A stretch of DNA of 64,000 nucleotides from Oscillospiraceae bacterium (GCA_012520915.1 JAAYNJ010000004.1:82-64081), one strand, 5' to 3'; numbered from the stretch's first letter, positions 1 to 9,977 are shown. Numbers and translations are program-made. The notes: generated by a model not told the origin, from the letters alone.

Positions 1-1
1 G

Positions 2-406
2 GACAGAATACTTTACACCTCGACACACTATCCGGCAAACTACGGTTTGATTCCCCGCACCTGGGCAAACGACCTCGACCCGCTTGATGTGCTTGTTATA
101 TGCAGCGAGCCCCTTGTTCCGCTTTCTTTGGTGAGGTGCTACCCCATAGGCGCGATAAGAATGATGGATGATGAAATGAACGATGAAAAAATCATAGCCA
201 TTCCCTTCAAAGACCCTTCATATAACAGCTATAAGGAACTTTCAGACCTTCCGCAACACATATTCAACGAAATGAGCCACTTCTTTACCGTATATAAAAA
301 CCTCGAAGGAAAAGAAACGGTTGTGAACGAAGTCTGCGATGCAAATGAGGCAAAGGAAATAATAAAGCGGGCCCTCGATTCCTACATAGACAAATTTTGC
401 AGGTAG
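2..406 (+). CDS. ppa: inorganic pyrophosphatase, family I (5' end cut by window edge)
   Basis: The frame is open from nt 2. Translation HYPANYGLIPRTWANDLDPLDVLV...AIPFKDP matches the family I PPase core. The track start at 47 is only an in-frame TTG. Stop TAG at 404-406. Confidence 0.9.
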   Translation, partial: DRILYTSTHYPANYGLIPRTWANDLDPLDVLVICSEPLVPLSLVRCYPIGAIRMMDDEMNDEKIIAIPFKDPSYNSYKELSDLPQHIFNEMSHFFTVYKNLEGKETVVNEVCDANEAKEIIKRALDSYIDKFCR

Positions 407-454
407 ATAATTCGAAAGAGTTTTTAGGAACAAATTAAAGGCGTAAGACAATAA

Positions 455-481
455 AAACGGCAGATAAAAATCTGCCGTTTT
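455..481. terminator. bidirectional intrinsic terminator between convergent ppa and mrp-like gene
   Basis: 10-bp perfect stem AAACGGCAGA / TCTGCCGTTT with a 6-nt loop. It is flanked by an A-run and a T-run. Confidence 0.8.
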
Positions 482-506
482 AAACTGTCTAAATAAATAA
501 AAAATA

Positions 507-1337
507 TTAAATCATCTCTTCCAATATATCCGCCACGCCGTCAAGCCAGCCGCCGTCAAAAAGTTCGATCATTCCCGCGTCGCTTGCGGCGGAAAGTTTC
601 GGGTCTATGGGAATTCTCGCAAGCGCGTTGAGGGAATTTTCCTTTGCCACCTCTTCGAGACGGCTCTCTCCGAATACGCTGTGCTCCTTGCCGGTATCCG
701 GACATTTGAAATAGGACATATTTTCAACTATTCCGAGTATCGGAACATTCATAAGCTTTGCCATATTGACGGCCTTTGCGACTATCATTGAAACAAGCTG
801 TTGCGGTGAAGTAACGACAATAATACCGTCAACCTTAATGGTCTGAAATACCGTCAGGGGCACGTCGCCCGTTCCGGGAGGCATATCCACAAACATGAAG
901 TCGACATCGCGCCAGACGACTTCCGTCCAGAATTGCTTTACCATGCTCGCTATTATCGGACCTCTCCAGACAACGGGGTCGGTTGTCTTGCCCAAGAGGA
1001 GATTAATCGACATTATCTCGATTCCGGTTTTTGTTTTGACCGGCAAAAGACCGAATTCGCCTGCGACGGCGTGACCTTTAAGGTTAAAAATATTCGGAAT
1101 GGAAGGCCCCGTCATATCTGCGTCGAGTATCGCGGTATTAAATCCGCGCCTGTTCATCAGCACGGCCATAAGGGAAGTAACAAGGGATTTGCCGACTCCA
1201 CCCTTTCCGCTGACTACTCCTATCACTTTTTTGATGTTGCTGAATTCGTGAGGGCTTTCATACATGTCCGGCGATTGATTTCGATCGTCGCATTTTTCCG
1301 CACAGTTTGCGCAGTCGTGATTGCAATTTTCGCTCAT
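507..1337 (-). CDS. Mrp/NBP35 (ApbC) family Fe-S cluster carrier ATPase
   Basis: P-loop SGKGGVGKS, a Mrp-type core (DMPPGTGD) and an N-terminal Cys cluster CNHDCANCAEKC. Confidence 0.9.
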   Translation of the reverse strand: MSENCNHDCANCAEKCDDRNQSPDMYESPHEFSNIKKVIGVVSGKGGVGKSLVTSLMAVLMNRRGFNTAILDADMTGPSIPNIFNLKGHAVAGEFGLLPVKTKTGIEIMSINLLLGKTTDPVVWRGPIIASMVKQFWTEVVWRDVDFMFVDMPPGTGDVPLTVFQTIKVDGIIVVTSPQQLVSMIVAKAVNMAKLMNVPILGIVENMSYFKCPDTGKEHSVFGESRLEEVAKENSLNALARIPIDPKLSAASDAGMIELFDGGWLDGVADILEEMI

Positions 1338-1508
1338 AGTTTATCTCCAATTTAAATTTATTAAGTACAATTTATATCCGCCGTCAGGCAAAAACCCAAA
1401 GGCTTAATTATTAACCGATAAAACAGCACAAATTATATTGTATATTTATAGCCTGCATTCTGCAAATATTTTATGAAATAAGAATACGGAATCCGTTTAT
1501 CGAAGTAT

Positions 1509-1537
1509 TTGTCTTATTGAGAATAAAGACATATAAT
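1509..1537 (+). promoter_or_regulatory. sigma-A type promoter for the ABC exporter operon, with an imperfect inverted repeat filling the spacer
   Basis: TTGTCT, 17 nt, TATAAT. The spacer holds TGTCTTAT...ATAAAGACA (1510-1531), a possible operator. It lies about 85 nt upstream of the TTG start, which has an AGAGG RBS. Confidence 0.55.
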
Positions 1538-1619
1538 TATCCGGCATGCTGAATTATAATGATAACCGATATTCGACAGAATAATCGGTCTTGAGAGGAA
1601 ATAAAAAAGAGGTAAAAAT

Positions 1620-3854
1620 TTGTTAAAACTCGGCAGATATTTGAAACCTTTTGTTGCGGGGATTTTATTGGCGATTGTCCTCCTGTTTGTCTTGGCGATG
1701 ACGGAACTCAACCTCCCGAAGTATATGTCCGATATCGTCAATGTCGGAATACAGCAAAACGGCATCGAGAACGCCGCTCCCGAAGCGTTAAGCGAGGACG
1801 GACTGAACCTGATAAAGACCTTTATTTCTGAGGACGACTTGAATATTGTCGATAAAAACTATCATGTTGTTTCGGAATTCGACATTTCACAAAGCGGAAA
1901 GAGCTATAAAGAGCTTTATCCGAAAATGCCGGAGAAGATTTTTATAAAGTCAAAAACGGACGAGGAAACATCGGATAAACTCGAAGAGATTTTCGGGAAT
2001 GCCGCGCAGACGATGATTACGGCGTTGCGCGACGTTTTAGAGCAGCATTCATCCGTGATAGAGGATTTTGGAGAAGAGGGGTTTGAGACGCAGGATATAT
2101 CTGTTTTGTACTCCATGCAGCCGGTATTCGACTATATGCCGAAATCTGAAATTGAAAGATACAGGGAGACGGTTTCGAAAGAAGACCTCGGACTGTCCAA
2201 ACAGTTCGGAATTGCCCTTTCCTCGGCATTTTACAGAGAAATCGGTGCGGATATACCGGCGATGCAGACGGACTATATCGTGAGAGCCGGTCTTAAGATG
2301 CTTTTGATTGCGCTTTTGGGCGGAATTGCGACGGTGCTGGTGAGCCTGCTCTCATCGAGAATTTCGTCGGGTTTTGCGAGGAATTTAAGAAAGGACGTTT
2401 TTGCGAAGATTGAAGAATTTTCCGACATTGAGTTCGACAGATTTTCAACGGCTTCATTGATTACAAGATGCACCAACGATGTTACCCAGATCCAACAGCT
2501 CATAATGCACGCCATACGGATAATATTCTACGCTCCCATAATCGGAACGGGCGGTGTAATCATGGCGATTAACAAATCCGTATCGATGAGCTGGATAATT
2601 GCAATTGCGGTTGTGGTGCTCGTGGGTCTGATGATACTGACCGTTTCGATAGCCCTGCCGAAATTTAAAATCCTCCAAAAGCTCGTTGACAGATTAAACC
2701 TCGTTTCGAGGGAAAATCTCAGCGGTATGATGGTGATAAGGGCATTTGTAACCGAAAAATACGAACACGAAAGATTTTCCGAATCCAATAGGGAGCTTAC
2801 AAAAACTTCTCTTTTCATAAACAAAGTCATGGTTCTCGTAATGCCGATTATGATGTTTATCATGAATTTGGTATCCCTGATAATCATCTGGGTGGGCGCC
2901 AATCAGATAGCCCAATCGGCAATGAGAATAGGGGATATGATGGCGTTTACCCAATATGCGATGCAGATTATCATGTCGTTTTTGATGATATCGATGATAT
3001 TTGTATTTCTGCCGAGGGCAAGCGTTTCCGCCGAGAGGATTTCCGAAGTTCTCGAAACAAAGGCGGTTATAATCGACCCGGAAAAACCGAAGAACTTTGA
3101 TAATAAAATCAAAGGCATAATCGAATTCAAAAATGTCTGTTTCAGATATCAAGGAGCGGAAAGAGATGCTTTAAGCGACATATCCTTTACCGCAAATCCG
3201 GGAGAAACAACTGCGATAATCGGCGCGACGGGATCCGGAAAGTCGACAATCGCAAAGCTCATTCTGCGGTTTTATGATGTGAGCGAAGGCGAAGTTGCGG
3301 TTGACGGAATTGATGTAAGAGATGTATTGCAGAGGGATTTAAGGAACAAAATCGGCTACATACCGCAGAAAGCGTCGCTTCTTTCCGGTACCGTTGCCAC
3401 AAACCTGAGATACGGAAGGCCCGATGCTTCAAATGAAGAGATTGAGCGTTCGGCGAAGATTGCACAGGCATATGATTTCATCTCGGAAAACGAAGAGGGT
3501 TTTGACTATGAAATAGCGCAGAACGGCTCAAACGTTTCCGGCGGACAGAGACAGAGGCTCGCGATAGCGCGCGCCATAGCTAAAAATCCGGAAATATATA
3601 TCTTCGACGACAGTTTTTCCGCGCTGGACTTTACGACCGACTTAAAGTTGAGAAAGGCTATGTCGGAGAGTGTTGCGGATAGTACGGTTGTAGTCATAGC
3701 TCAAAGGATAAGCACGATTATGAACGCCGAAAAAATAATCGTGCTCGATGAAGGAAGGATAGTCGGAATGGGAAGACATAAAGAACTGCTTAAAACCTGT
3801 TCCCAATATGCCGAAATCGCATCATCCCAGCTGGCAGGGGAGGAAACCGCATGA
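1620..3854 (+). CDS. ABC exporter, fused permease/ATPase, degenerate-site subunit of a heterodimer
   Basis: Type I exporter TMD followed by an NBD with GATGSGKST and VSGGQRQR. Walker B is IYIFDD with Asp (3609-3611) in place of the catalytic Glu. TTG start. The stop overlaps the next gene's start (ATGA). Confidence 0.9.
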   Translation: MLKLGRYLKPFVAGILLAIVLLFVLAMTELNLPKYMSDIVNVGIQQNGIENAAPEALSEDGLNLIKTFISEDDLNIVDKNYHVVSEFDISQSGKSYKELYPKMPEKIFIKSKTDEETSDKLEEIFGNAAQTMITALRDVLEQHSSVIEDFGEEGFETQDISVLYSMQPVFDYMPKSEIERYRETVSKEDLGLSKQFGIALSSAFYREIGADIPAMQTDYIVRAGLKMLLIALLGGIATVLVSLLSSRISSGFARNLRKDVFAKIEEFSDIEFDRFSTASLITRCTNDVTQIQQLIMHAIRIIFYAPIIGTGGVIMAINKSVSMSWIIAIAVVVLVGLMILTVSIALPKFKILQKLVDRLNLVSRENLSGMMVIRAFVTEKYEHERFSESNRELTKTSLFINKVMVLVMPIMMFIMNLVSLIIIWVGANQIAQSAMRIGDMMAFTQYAMQIIMSFLMISMIFVFLPRASVSAERISEVLETKAVIIDPEKPKNFDNKIKGIIEFKNVCFRYQGAERDALSDISFTANPGETTAIIGATGSGKSTIAKLILRFYDVSEGEVAVDGIDVRDVLQRDLRNKIGYIPQKASLLSGTVATNLRYGRPDASNEEIERSAKIAQAYDFISENEEGFDYEIAQNGSNVSGGQRQRLAIARAIAKNPEIYIFDDSFSALDFTTDLKLRKAMSESVADSTVVVIAQRISTIMNAEKIIVLDEGRIVGMGRHKELLKTCSQYAEIASSQLAGEETA

Positions 3855-5731
3855 GTGAAAGCAAGGTAAAGCAGAGCAGTCAAAGACCCGGAGGCTTCGG
3901 CGGCCGAAGAAGGATGATGAGACCGGGTGAAAAGGCGAAAGACTTTAAAGGCGCTATGAAAGACCTCGCAAGGTACATCGGGGTTTACAAATGGCCGATT
4001 TTTGCCGTATGGATAATGGCTCTTGCATCCACCGTTTTTGTAATAGCCGGACCCAAAATCCTCGGAAACGCGACCGATGAAATATTCTCCGGCATGATGA
4101 GAAAGCTTTCCGGTACGGGCGGAATAAACTTTGATAAACTCCTTACAACTCTGCTTTGGGTCGCGGGATTATATGGCGCAAGTTCCTTGTTTTCATACCT
4201 TCAGGGACTGATTATGTCGGTCGTTACCGCTAAGACCACCTACAGAATGAGAAACGACCTGGCTGAAAAAATCCACAAACTGCCTTTGAAGTATTACGAC
4301 AAGACGACTCACGGAGACGTTCTAAGCAGAATAACAAACGACATCGACACGATAAGCCACACCATGAACCAGAGCATCACGCAGATAATAAGTTCTGTCA
4401 CTTCAATAATCGGATTTACGGTGATGATGCTCACCATAAGCTGGCGGCTCACTCTGATAGCGCTCATAGTTATACCGCTTTCCGGTTTTGCGGTTGTGAT
4501 AATCGTGAAAAAATCTCAGGGCTATTTTACAGCCCAACAGAAATATCTCGGCAGCGTGAACGGACATGTTGAGGAAATGTTTTCGAACCACGCCGTCGTA
4601 AAGGCGTTTAACGGCGAGGAGGAATCGGTAAAGACATTTTCCGAACAGAGCGATATGCTTTACGAATCCGCTTGGAAATCCTCCTTTTTATCGGGTCTTA
4701 TTATGCCGATAACCTCCCTTATAGGAAACCTTGCCTATGTGGCGATATGCATTTTGGGAGGTTATTACGCCGCAAACGGCGAAATGACCGTCGGGGGAAT
4801 ACAGGCTTTTATTCAGTATGTCCGCTCCTTTAACCGCCCGATTACCCAGATAGTATCCATATCCAATGTGCTCCAGCAAACCGCCGCTGCCGCAGAAAGG
4901 GTCTTTGAGTTTTTGAATGAAACCGAAGAAGTGAAAGAGCCGCCCAATGCGTTGACGGTAAACAAAAACGGCTCTGACGGCGAAGGCGTAAAAATCGAAG
5001 GTCATGTAACTTTCAAGAACGTATCCTTCGGGTACGATGAGGACAAAATAATCATTAAAAACTTTAATGCCTCGATAAAACCCGGACAAAAGATAGCCAT
5101 CGTCGGGCCTACCGGTGCGGGAAAGACCACGATTGTAAAAATACTGATGAGATTTTATGAGCTGAACTCGGGTTCCGTTAAAATCGACGGACATGATATT
5201 CGCGACTTTAAAAGAAGCGAACTCCGATCCGTATTCGGAATGGTGCTTCAGGACACCTGGCTCTTTAACGGCACCATTGCGGAAAATATCCGGTACGGCA
5301 GACTCGATGCCACAGATGATGAGGTCGAACAGGCGGCGAGGGCTGCACAGGTTGACCACTTTGTGCGCACACTCCCGAACGGATACGACATGATGATAAA
5401 CGAAGAATCCGACAACATTTCACAGGGTCAGAAACAGCTCCTCACCATAGCCCGCGCCTTTTTGGCGGATCCGAAAATACTCATACTCGACGAGGCGACA
5501 AGCAGCGTCGATACGAGGACGGAAGTTTTGATACAAAAGGCCATGGATAACCTCATGAGGGGAAGGACGGGATTTGTCATAGCGCACCGGCTCTCAACCA
5601 TAAAAAACGCCGATCTGATACTGGTAATAGACGACGGTGATATCGTTGAACAGGGAACCCACAGCGAACTGCTTGCGAAAGGTGGATTTTATTACGATAT
5701 GTACAGCAGCCAGTTTAAGACGGTGGGTTAG
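3851..5731 (+). CDS. ABC exporter, fused permease/ATPase, consensus-site subunit
   Basis: GPTGAGKTT, ISQGQKQL, and Walker B ILILDE with the canonical Glu (5492-5494). Translationally coupled to the upstream subunit. Confidence 0.9.
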   Translation: MSESKVKQSSQRPGGFGGRRRMMRPGEKAKDFKGAMKDLARYIGVYKWPIFAVWIMALASTVFVIAGPKILGNATDEIFSGMMRKLSGTGGINFDKLLTTLLWVAGLYGASSLFSYLQGLIMSVVTAKTTYRMRNDLAEKIHKLPLKYYDKTTHGDVLSRITNDIDTISHTMNQSITQIISSVTSIIGFTVMMLTISWRLTLIALIVIPLSGFAVVIIVKKSQGYFTAQQKYLGSVNGHVEEMFSNHAVVKAFNGEEESVKTFSEQSDMLYESAWKSSFLSGLIMPITSLIGNLAYVAICILGGYYAANGEMTVGGIQAFIQYVRSFNRPITQIVSISNVLQQTAAAAERVFEFLNETEEVKEPPNALTVNKNGSDGEGVKIEGHVTFKNVSFGYDEDKIIIKNFNASIKPGQKIAIVGPTGAGKTTIVKILMRFYELNSGSVKIDGHDIRDFKRSELRSVFGMVLQDTWLFNGTIAENIRYGRLDATDDEVEQAARAAQVDHFVRTLPNGYDMMINEESDNISQGQKQLLTIARAFLADPKILILDEATSSVDTRTEVLIQKAMDNLMRGRTGFVIAHRLSTIKNADLILVIDDGDIVEQGTHSELLAKGGFYYDMYSSQFKTVG

Positions 5732-5752
5732 GGGAATAGTTAAATAGTAAAA

Positions 5753-5784
5753 AGAGAAGCACAAAAGGTGCTTCTCTTTTTTTG
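5753..5784 (+). terminator. intrinsic terminator of the ABC exporter operon
   Basis: 10-bp stem AGAGAAGCAC / GTGCTTCTCT, 5-nt loop, followed by a T-run. Confidence 0.85.
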
Positions 5785-5832
5785 TTTTGAGTAATAAGAA
5801 CCGAAACTTTTCGATTGCCGTCAAATATTGAA

Positions 5833-6486
5833 TTAACTTTTAACGTCTCTGCTTTCAAAATCGGATTTGATTTCTTTCTTCCAATTATCGGACAAACCCG
5901 AACCCTTTCTCAATTCGCTTATAGCCCCGCTCATTACATGAAAACTCAGCTTAACTCCCTTTTTATCGGCGTGAAAATCCTGGGCGCGGTCTGCCGATAT
6001 ACCGTAGTTCGCGGCCGTCTGTATTGCGTCGATATTGGCGCCGAGGAATATGAATTCCCAACCGAGTTCGCTCTTTTTCTTTTCCACCATCGATCTGATT
6101 TTTTCAACGGAGTATTTTCTGCTGGAATTTTCCTCGCCGTCGGTGATGATGATAAAAATAACCTTGTCCGCTTTGGAACTGTCGTCGGCCTTTTTCTGGT
6201 GTTTTGACACCCTCTTTATGGCTTTGCCCATTGCGTCCAAAAGCGCCGTACACCCCCCGACTCGATAGTCTTTATCGGTTAGCGGCTTTACTTCCTTTAC
6301 ATCAATGCGGTCGTGCAGAAGCTCAAATTCGTGGTCAAACAACAGGGTGGTGATGTTGCATTCTCCTTCGAGAGCTTTCTGTTCATTCAGCATGGAATTG
6401 TATCCGCCGATTGTGTCCTTTTCAAGTCCGCCCATGGATCCGCTTTTGTCGAGGATAAAAACAACCTCAGTAATGTCTTTTTTCAT
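5833..6486 (-). CDS. von Willebrand factor A (VWA) domain protein, cytosolic
   Basis: MIDAS-type motif VFILDKSGSMGG, plus ITDGEEN further downstream. Confidence 0.8.
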   Translation of the reverse strand: MKKDITEVVFILDKSGSMGGLEKDTIGGYNSMLNEQKALEGECNITTLLFDHEFELLHDRIDVKEVKPLTDKDYRVGGCTALLDAMGKAIKRVSKHQKKADDSSKADKVIFIIITDGEENSSRKYSVEKIRSMVEKKKSELGWEFIFLGANIDAIQTAANYGISADRAQDFHADKKGVKLSFHVMSGAISELRKGSGLSDNWKKEIKSDFESRDVKS

Positions 6487-6613
6487 AATAAAATGCCTCC
6501 TTAAAACTTAAAGTGTTTCTTTACTGTCTTAAGGATAGCAACTTTATTTCCCAGAAAGGTCGCTTCAAAAGCGACATTTTCGAAGATTGGGGGAACCGCC
6601 GAATTAAATTATT

Positions 6614-7636
6614 TTACGCTCCCAATAAAGGCTGATCGTATTTAAACAAAACTTCGTTGATTTCAAATATATCGTATCGGCCGTTCACGATAAAATATTC
6701 GATTATCACATCAAATTTTACGGCGTGAGACAGCGCATAGCCCGCATGCTTTAAAAAGGCATCGGTTTCATCAAGATCAAGCTCCAGAGCGACTGCAAGC
6801 GCGATAGCGGTGCGTTTGCCGGGCGTATAACCCTCTATGCTCCTGATTTTGGAAAACAGCTTGCGGTCGATATTCGCCCGCTTGTAAACCTGCGTATCCG
6901 TCAGCTCCTTTGAATCGATAATGCGAAACAGCATGCTTGAAAACGACTCGTCGATATTATCGACTATATCGTCGATTGATTCTTTCGGAGCAGAAGCTTT
7001 AGCTTCTTCGGGAGAACCCATGGCAAGCTCTAAAAACTGAACATCGCTCTTTCGTCTTGCACCGCGGACGCTTTCCAAAAACCGGCTCTTCGCCTTTTCG
7101 TCGGACGCATAATGTTCGTTCAAATATCTGTCGATTTTTTTCTGAAGCTCCCTGCTTATTTCGAAAGACTTGCCGTCAAATATGACGAGAACGACATCCA
7201 TATCGTGTTTCTCTAAAAAGCCCGTAATTGCGTTAGTAGCTGTTGCTAAAGCCTCGTCCTTCGGATAGCCGTAAATACCGCTTGATATGAGCGGAAAGGC
7301 GATGCTTTCGCAGTTGTTTTCAAGGGCGAGTTTGAGAGAGTTTTTATAAGAATTTTTGAGCAGATGCCGACACTTCTCCTTTTCGGAACTTCTGTATACC
7401 GGCCCGGCAGTGTGAATGATGTACTTTGCCGGCAGATTAAATCCGGGAGTAATGACTGCTTCGCCGGTCTTAATCGGCGCGAGCTGTTCACATGCTTTTC
7501 TTAACTCTTTTATCCCCGCGGCTTTGTATATCGCCCCGCTAACTCCGCCTCCCATGACGAGCTCGGTGTTGGCGGCATTTACTATGGCGTCGACCTTCAT
7601 TTTCGTTATATCATTTTTTTCAATTCTAAAAGGCAT
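6614..7636 (-). CDS. macro-domain (ADP-ribose binding/hydrolase) protein with a C-terminal HTH-like domain
   Basis: MPFRIEKNDITKMKVDAIVNAAN...GGGVSGAIYKAAG is a macro-domain signature. The C-terminal ~130 aa look helical and HTH-like. I place the start at ATG 7636, because the track start at 7684 is a GTG that adds 16 non-conserved residues. Confidence 0.8.
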   Translation of the reverse strand: MPFRIEKNDITKMKVDAIVNAANTELVMGGGVSGAIYKAAGIKELRKACEQLAPIKTGEAVITPGFNLPAKYIIHTAGPVYRSSEKEKCRHLLKNSYKNSLKLALENNCESIAFPLISSGIYGYPKDEALATATNAITGFLEKHDMDVVLVIFDGKSFEISRELQKKIDRYLNEHYASDEKAKSRFLESVRGARRKSDVQFLELAMGSPEEAKASAPKESIDDIVDNIDESFSSMLFRIIDSKELTDTQVYKRANIDRKLFSKIRSIEGYTPGKRTAIALAVALELDLDETDAFLKHAGYALSHAVKFDVIIEYFIVNGRYDIFEINEVLFKYDQPLLGA

Positions 7637-7757
7637 AATAAAACCTGCTTTTGGGGAAAATAATGTTCTGATTAATAATACCACATTATATCTGAGTAAT
7701 TAAAAAGAGACTTCGTTTTAAGGAAGCCTCTGCCGGTGAAAATGCAATCTGGATGAG

Positions 7758-8210
7758 TTATTCCCGTTCCGGATATAACAAACCGAGAATCTTCATTACC
7801 AGGGGATAGATGGAAGCCCTGTAGATAAAGTCAAGAACAAGGGTGATGATTAAATTTTTTAAAAAATCGGGTCGAAGAGCGTTCGAGAATCCCGAATTGA
7901 CAATAGTGCAGTATATAATTTTTACGAAGGTGAGATAAACGGTAGTTACGGTCGTCGATACAAGCACGAATTTGACTTTGCCGTATTCCAAATTGAACTT
8001 TTTAGCCAGAAGCTCGCCGTATTTCGACGACGGGAAGATAAGGCTCGCAACAAAAGTCAAAAGAATGTAGGTCAATGCGGTTTTAAGCGAAGCGAAGAAA
8101 TTAAAGGGCGGAGCGAAAATCGGGTCTATTGTAAATGTCATCAATATCCCCATAAATGTCGAAAAGAGGAGAGATCTCATCTCCGATTTAAACCTGCCGT
8201 TAAACAACAT
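7758..8210 (-). CDS. hypothetical integral membrane protein (about 4 TM)
   Basis: 150-aa hydrophobic ORF. I do not recognise the family with any confidence. Confidence 0.6.
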   Translation of the reverse strand: MLFNGRFKSEMRSLLFSTFMGILMTFTIDPIFAPPFNFFASLKTALTYILLTFVASLIFPSSKYGELLAKKFNLEYGKVKFVLVSTTVTTVYLTFVKIIYCTIVNSGFSNALRPDFLKNLIITLVLDFIYRASIYPLVMKILGLLYPERE

Positions 8211-8298
8211 ATCTTACTCTTTCTGCATATTAAAATGTGAACATCTATAAGAGTATAAATGTTAACGGCAAAACTGTAAAGCTAAAGGGTTTACAAAA

Positions 8299-9777
8299 TT
8301 AAAGGCGAACTTCCTTGGTCGAAATATTTTCGGCAAAGGTATCGTCGTGCTCCACGAACAGCAGGGTGGGGGAATATTCGACTATAAGACGCTCTATCTG
8401 TATGCGGGAGAAAACGTCGATATAATTTAAAGGTTCGTCCCAGACATACAGATGGGCGGATTCGCTTAAACTCTTGGCCAAAAGCACCTTTTTCTTCTGA
8501 CCGGCGCTGTAATCCTCAAGGTTTTTATAAAACTGATCTCGGCTGAAATCCAGCTTTCGGAGTATCGTTTTAAACAACGTTTCGTCCACGCCGTTCCGAT
8601 ATATAAAATCGTCGAGACTTCCCGAAAGATGCGAGGTGTCCTGCGGAATATAGGATATAACGAGCCTGCTGCCTGTTATGACCTTGCCGCCGTGTTTGAT
8701 GTCCTGCCCTAAAATCAGCTTTAATATGCTCGTTTTACCGCTCCCGTTGCTGCCTGTTAAGGCCACCCTGTCCCCGACATCAACGGTGAAACCGACATTC
8801 TTAAAAACTTCATTTTCGCCGTAAAATACGGATAAATCCTTTACCTCCAAAAGTCGGGATTTAAAATAGGGCAGGGGTGAAATTTTAAGGTCGTCGTACT
8901 CCTCTATATTGTGAAGCAGTCCGCTCTTTTGAGACACCGCCTTTTGTTTTCTTTTTTCTATGCTCTTCGCGCGTTTCATGGCCTTGGCCGATTTTGCGCC
9001 GACATAACCCCTGTCCACCTTTAACCCCGAGTTCGAACTGCCGTATTTTGTTTTTTCCACCTTGTCCGACCAGCCGGCGCTTCTTTTGAAGGAATCCGAC
9101 AGCCTTTTTATTTCTCCCTTAAGCTTTTTGTTCTCCGCGAGTTCGAAATTATCCCTCTGCTGTTTGTTCTCCCACCAGCTCGAGAAATTTCCGTTTTGCA
9201 CTTCTATATTGGTTTTATTTATAGAAAGTATGTGATCGACGCAACCGTCAAGAAGCTTTCTGTCGTGCGAAACAAGGATGAATCCCTTTTTGCTGTTGAG
9301 ATAATCTTTTAGTGTATCCCGCGCCGATAAATCGAGATGGTTGGTGGGTTCGTCTATGAGCAGGAAATTTCCGGAATTTAGAAAGAGGGAAGCCAGAAGA
9401 ACCTTTGTCTGTTCACCGTTTGAAAGGGTATTAAACGGCCGGCAGAGAGCCTCTTCCTCGACCTCCAAAAGCAAAATTTCCCGGATAATTTTCCATTCCG
9501 GACAGCCGGCACATATGCTTTTCATGACATCAAGCGTGTCGAGACTTTTATCTTTGACCGGATAAGGGAAATATTCGAATTTCACTGAAGCGGAAATGCT
9601 TCCTGAATATTCGTACCTGCCCATTAGCAGATTTAAAAAGGTGGTTTTACCTCTGCCGTTCCTGCCGATAAACCCGAGCTTCCAATCGGTATCGATTTGA
9701 AAACCGACATCATCAAAAATGATATCGTAACTCCCGTCATACGAAAATGAGAGGTTTGATATATTTATAAGAGACAT
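8299..9777 (-). CDS. lsa: ABC-F ribosomal protection protein, Lsa family (predicted lincosamide/streptogramin A/pleuromutilin resistance type)
   Basis: Two NBDs and no TMD. IDTDWKLGFIGRNGRGKTT, ILVSHDR...VDHIL, QNGNFSSWWENKQQRDNFELAENKK and a basic interdomain linker closely follow the Lsa(A) pattern as I recall it. AGGAG RBS. Confidence 0.85.
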   Translation of the reverse strand: MSLINISNLSFSYDGSYDIIFDDVGFQIDTDWKLGFIGRNGRGKTTFLNLLMGRYEYSGSISASVKFEYFPYPVKDKSLDTLDVMKSICAGCPEWKIIREILLLEVEEEALCRPFNTLSNGEQTKVLLASLFLNSGNFLLIDEPTNHLDLSARDTLKDYLNSKKGFILVSHDRKLLDGCVDHILSINKTNIEVQNGNFSSWWENKQQRDNFELAENKKLKGEIKRLSDSFKRSAGWSDKVEKTKYGSSNSGLKVDRGYVGAKSAKAMKRAKSIEKRKQKAVSQKSGLLHNIEEYDDLKISPLPYFKSRLLEVKDLSVFYGENEVFKNVGFTVDVGDRVALTGSNGSGKTSILKLILGQDIKHGGKVITGSRLVISYIPQDTSHLSGSLDDFIYRNGVDETLFKTILRKLDFSRDQFYKNLEDYSAGQKKKVLLAKSLSESAHLYVWDEPLNYIDVFSRIQIERLIVEYSPTLLFVEHDDTFAENISTKEVRL

Positions 9778-9796
9778 ATAACTTCTCCTTTGAGCG

Positions 9797-9832
9797 AAAT
9801 TAAAAGCCGTAAGAAAATTAAATTCTTACGGC
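9797..9832 (-). terminator. terminator-like hairpin in the 5' leader of the ABC-F gene (candidate attenuator)
   Basis: On the minus strand, GCCGTAAGAA, a 7-nt loop, TTCTTACGGC, then UUUUAAUUU. It ends about 8 nt before the AGGAG RBS of the ABC-F gene. Confidence 0.7.
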
Positions 9833-9968
9833 TCAATACACCTAATTGCCCAAACTTTTGAGCTAATCAAGGCAGAAACGCATCATTTAACTTTCCCGCA
9901 ATAACCTAGCGACCGAAAAACAATTCCTGTTTTCCGTCAACGCCGAAAATTATAATTTGCAGGAAAGA

Positions 9969-9977
9969 TTAGAACAT
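9969..9977 (-). CDS. candidate 2-codon leader mini-ORF (Met-Phe-stop) of the ABC-F attenuator
   Basis: GGAGG (9985-9989) is followed by 7 nt, then ATG TTC TAA. It sits downstream of the predicted promoter and upstream of the leader hairpins. Confidence 0.35.
   Translation of the reverse strand: MF

Noticed and set aside
933-1355. Antisense or overlapping ORFs in the six-frame track. Examples are 933-1355, 2694-3152, 4688-5359, 5815-6207, 10252-10560, 20561-20977, 36395-36891, 43385-43726, 43937-44332, 52079-52489 and 57551-57874.
   Set aside because: Each lies inside, and antisense or out of frame to, a long ORF with clear family motifs. None has an RBS or a recognisable motif. I treat them as shadow ORFs.
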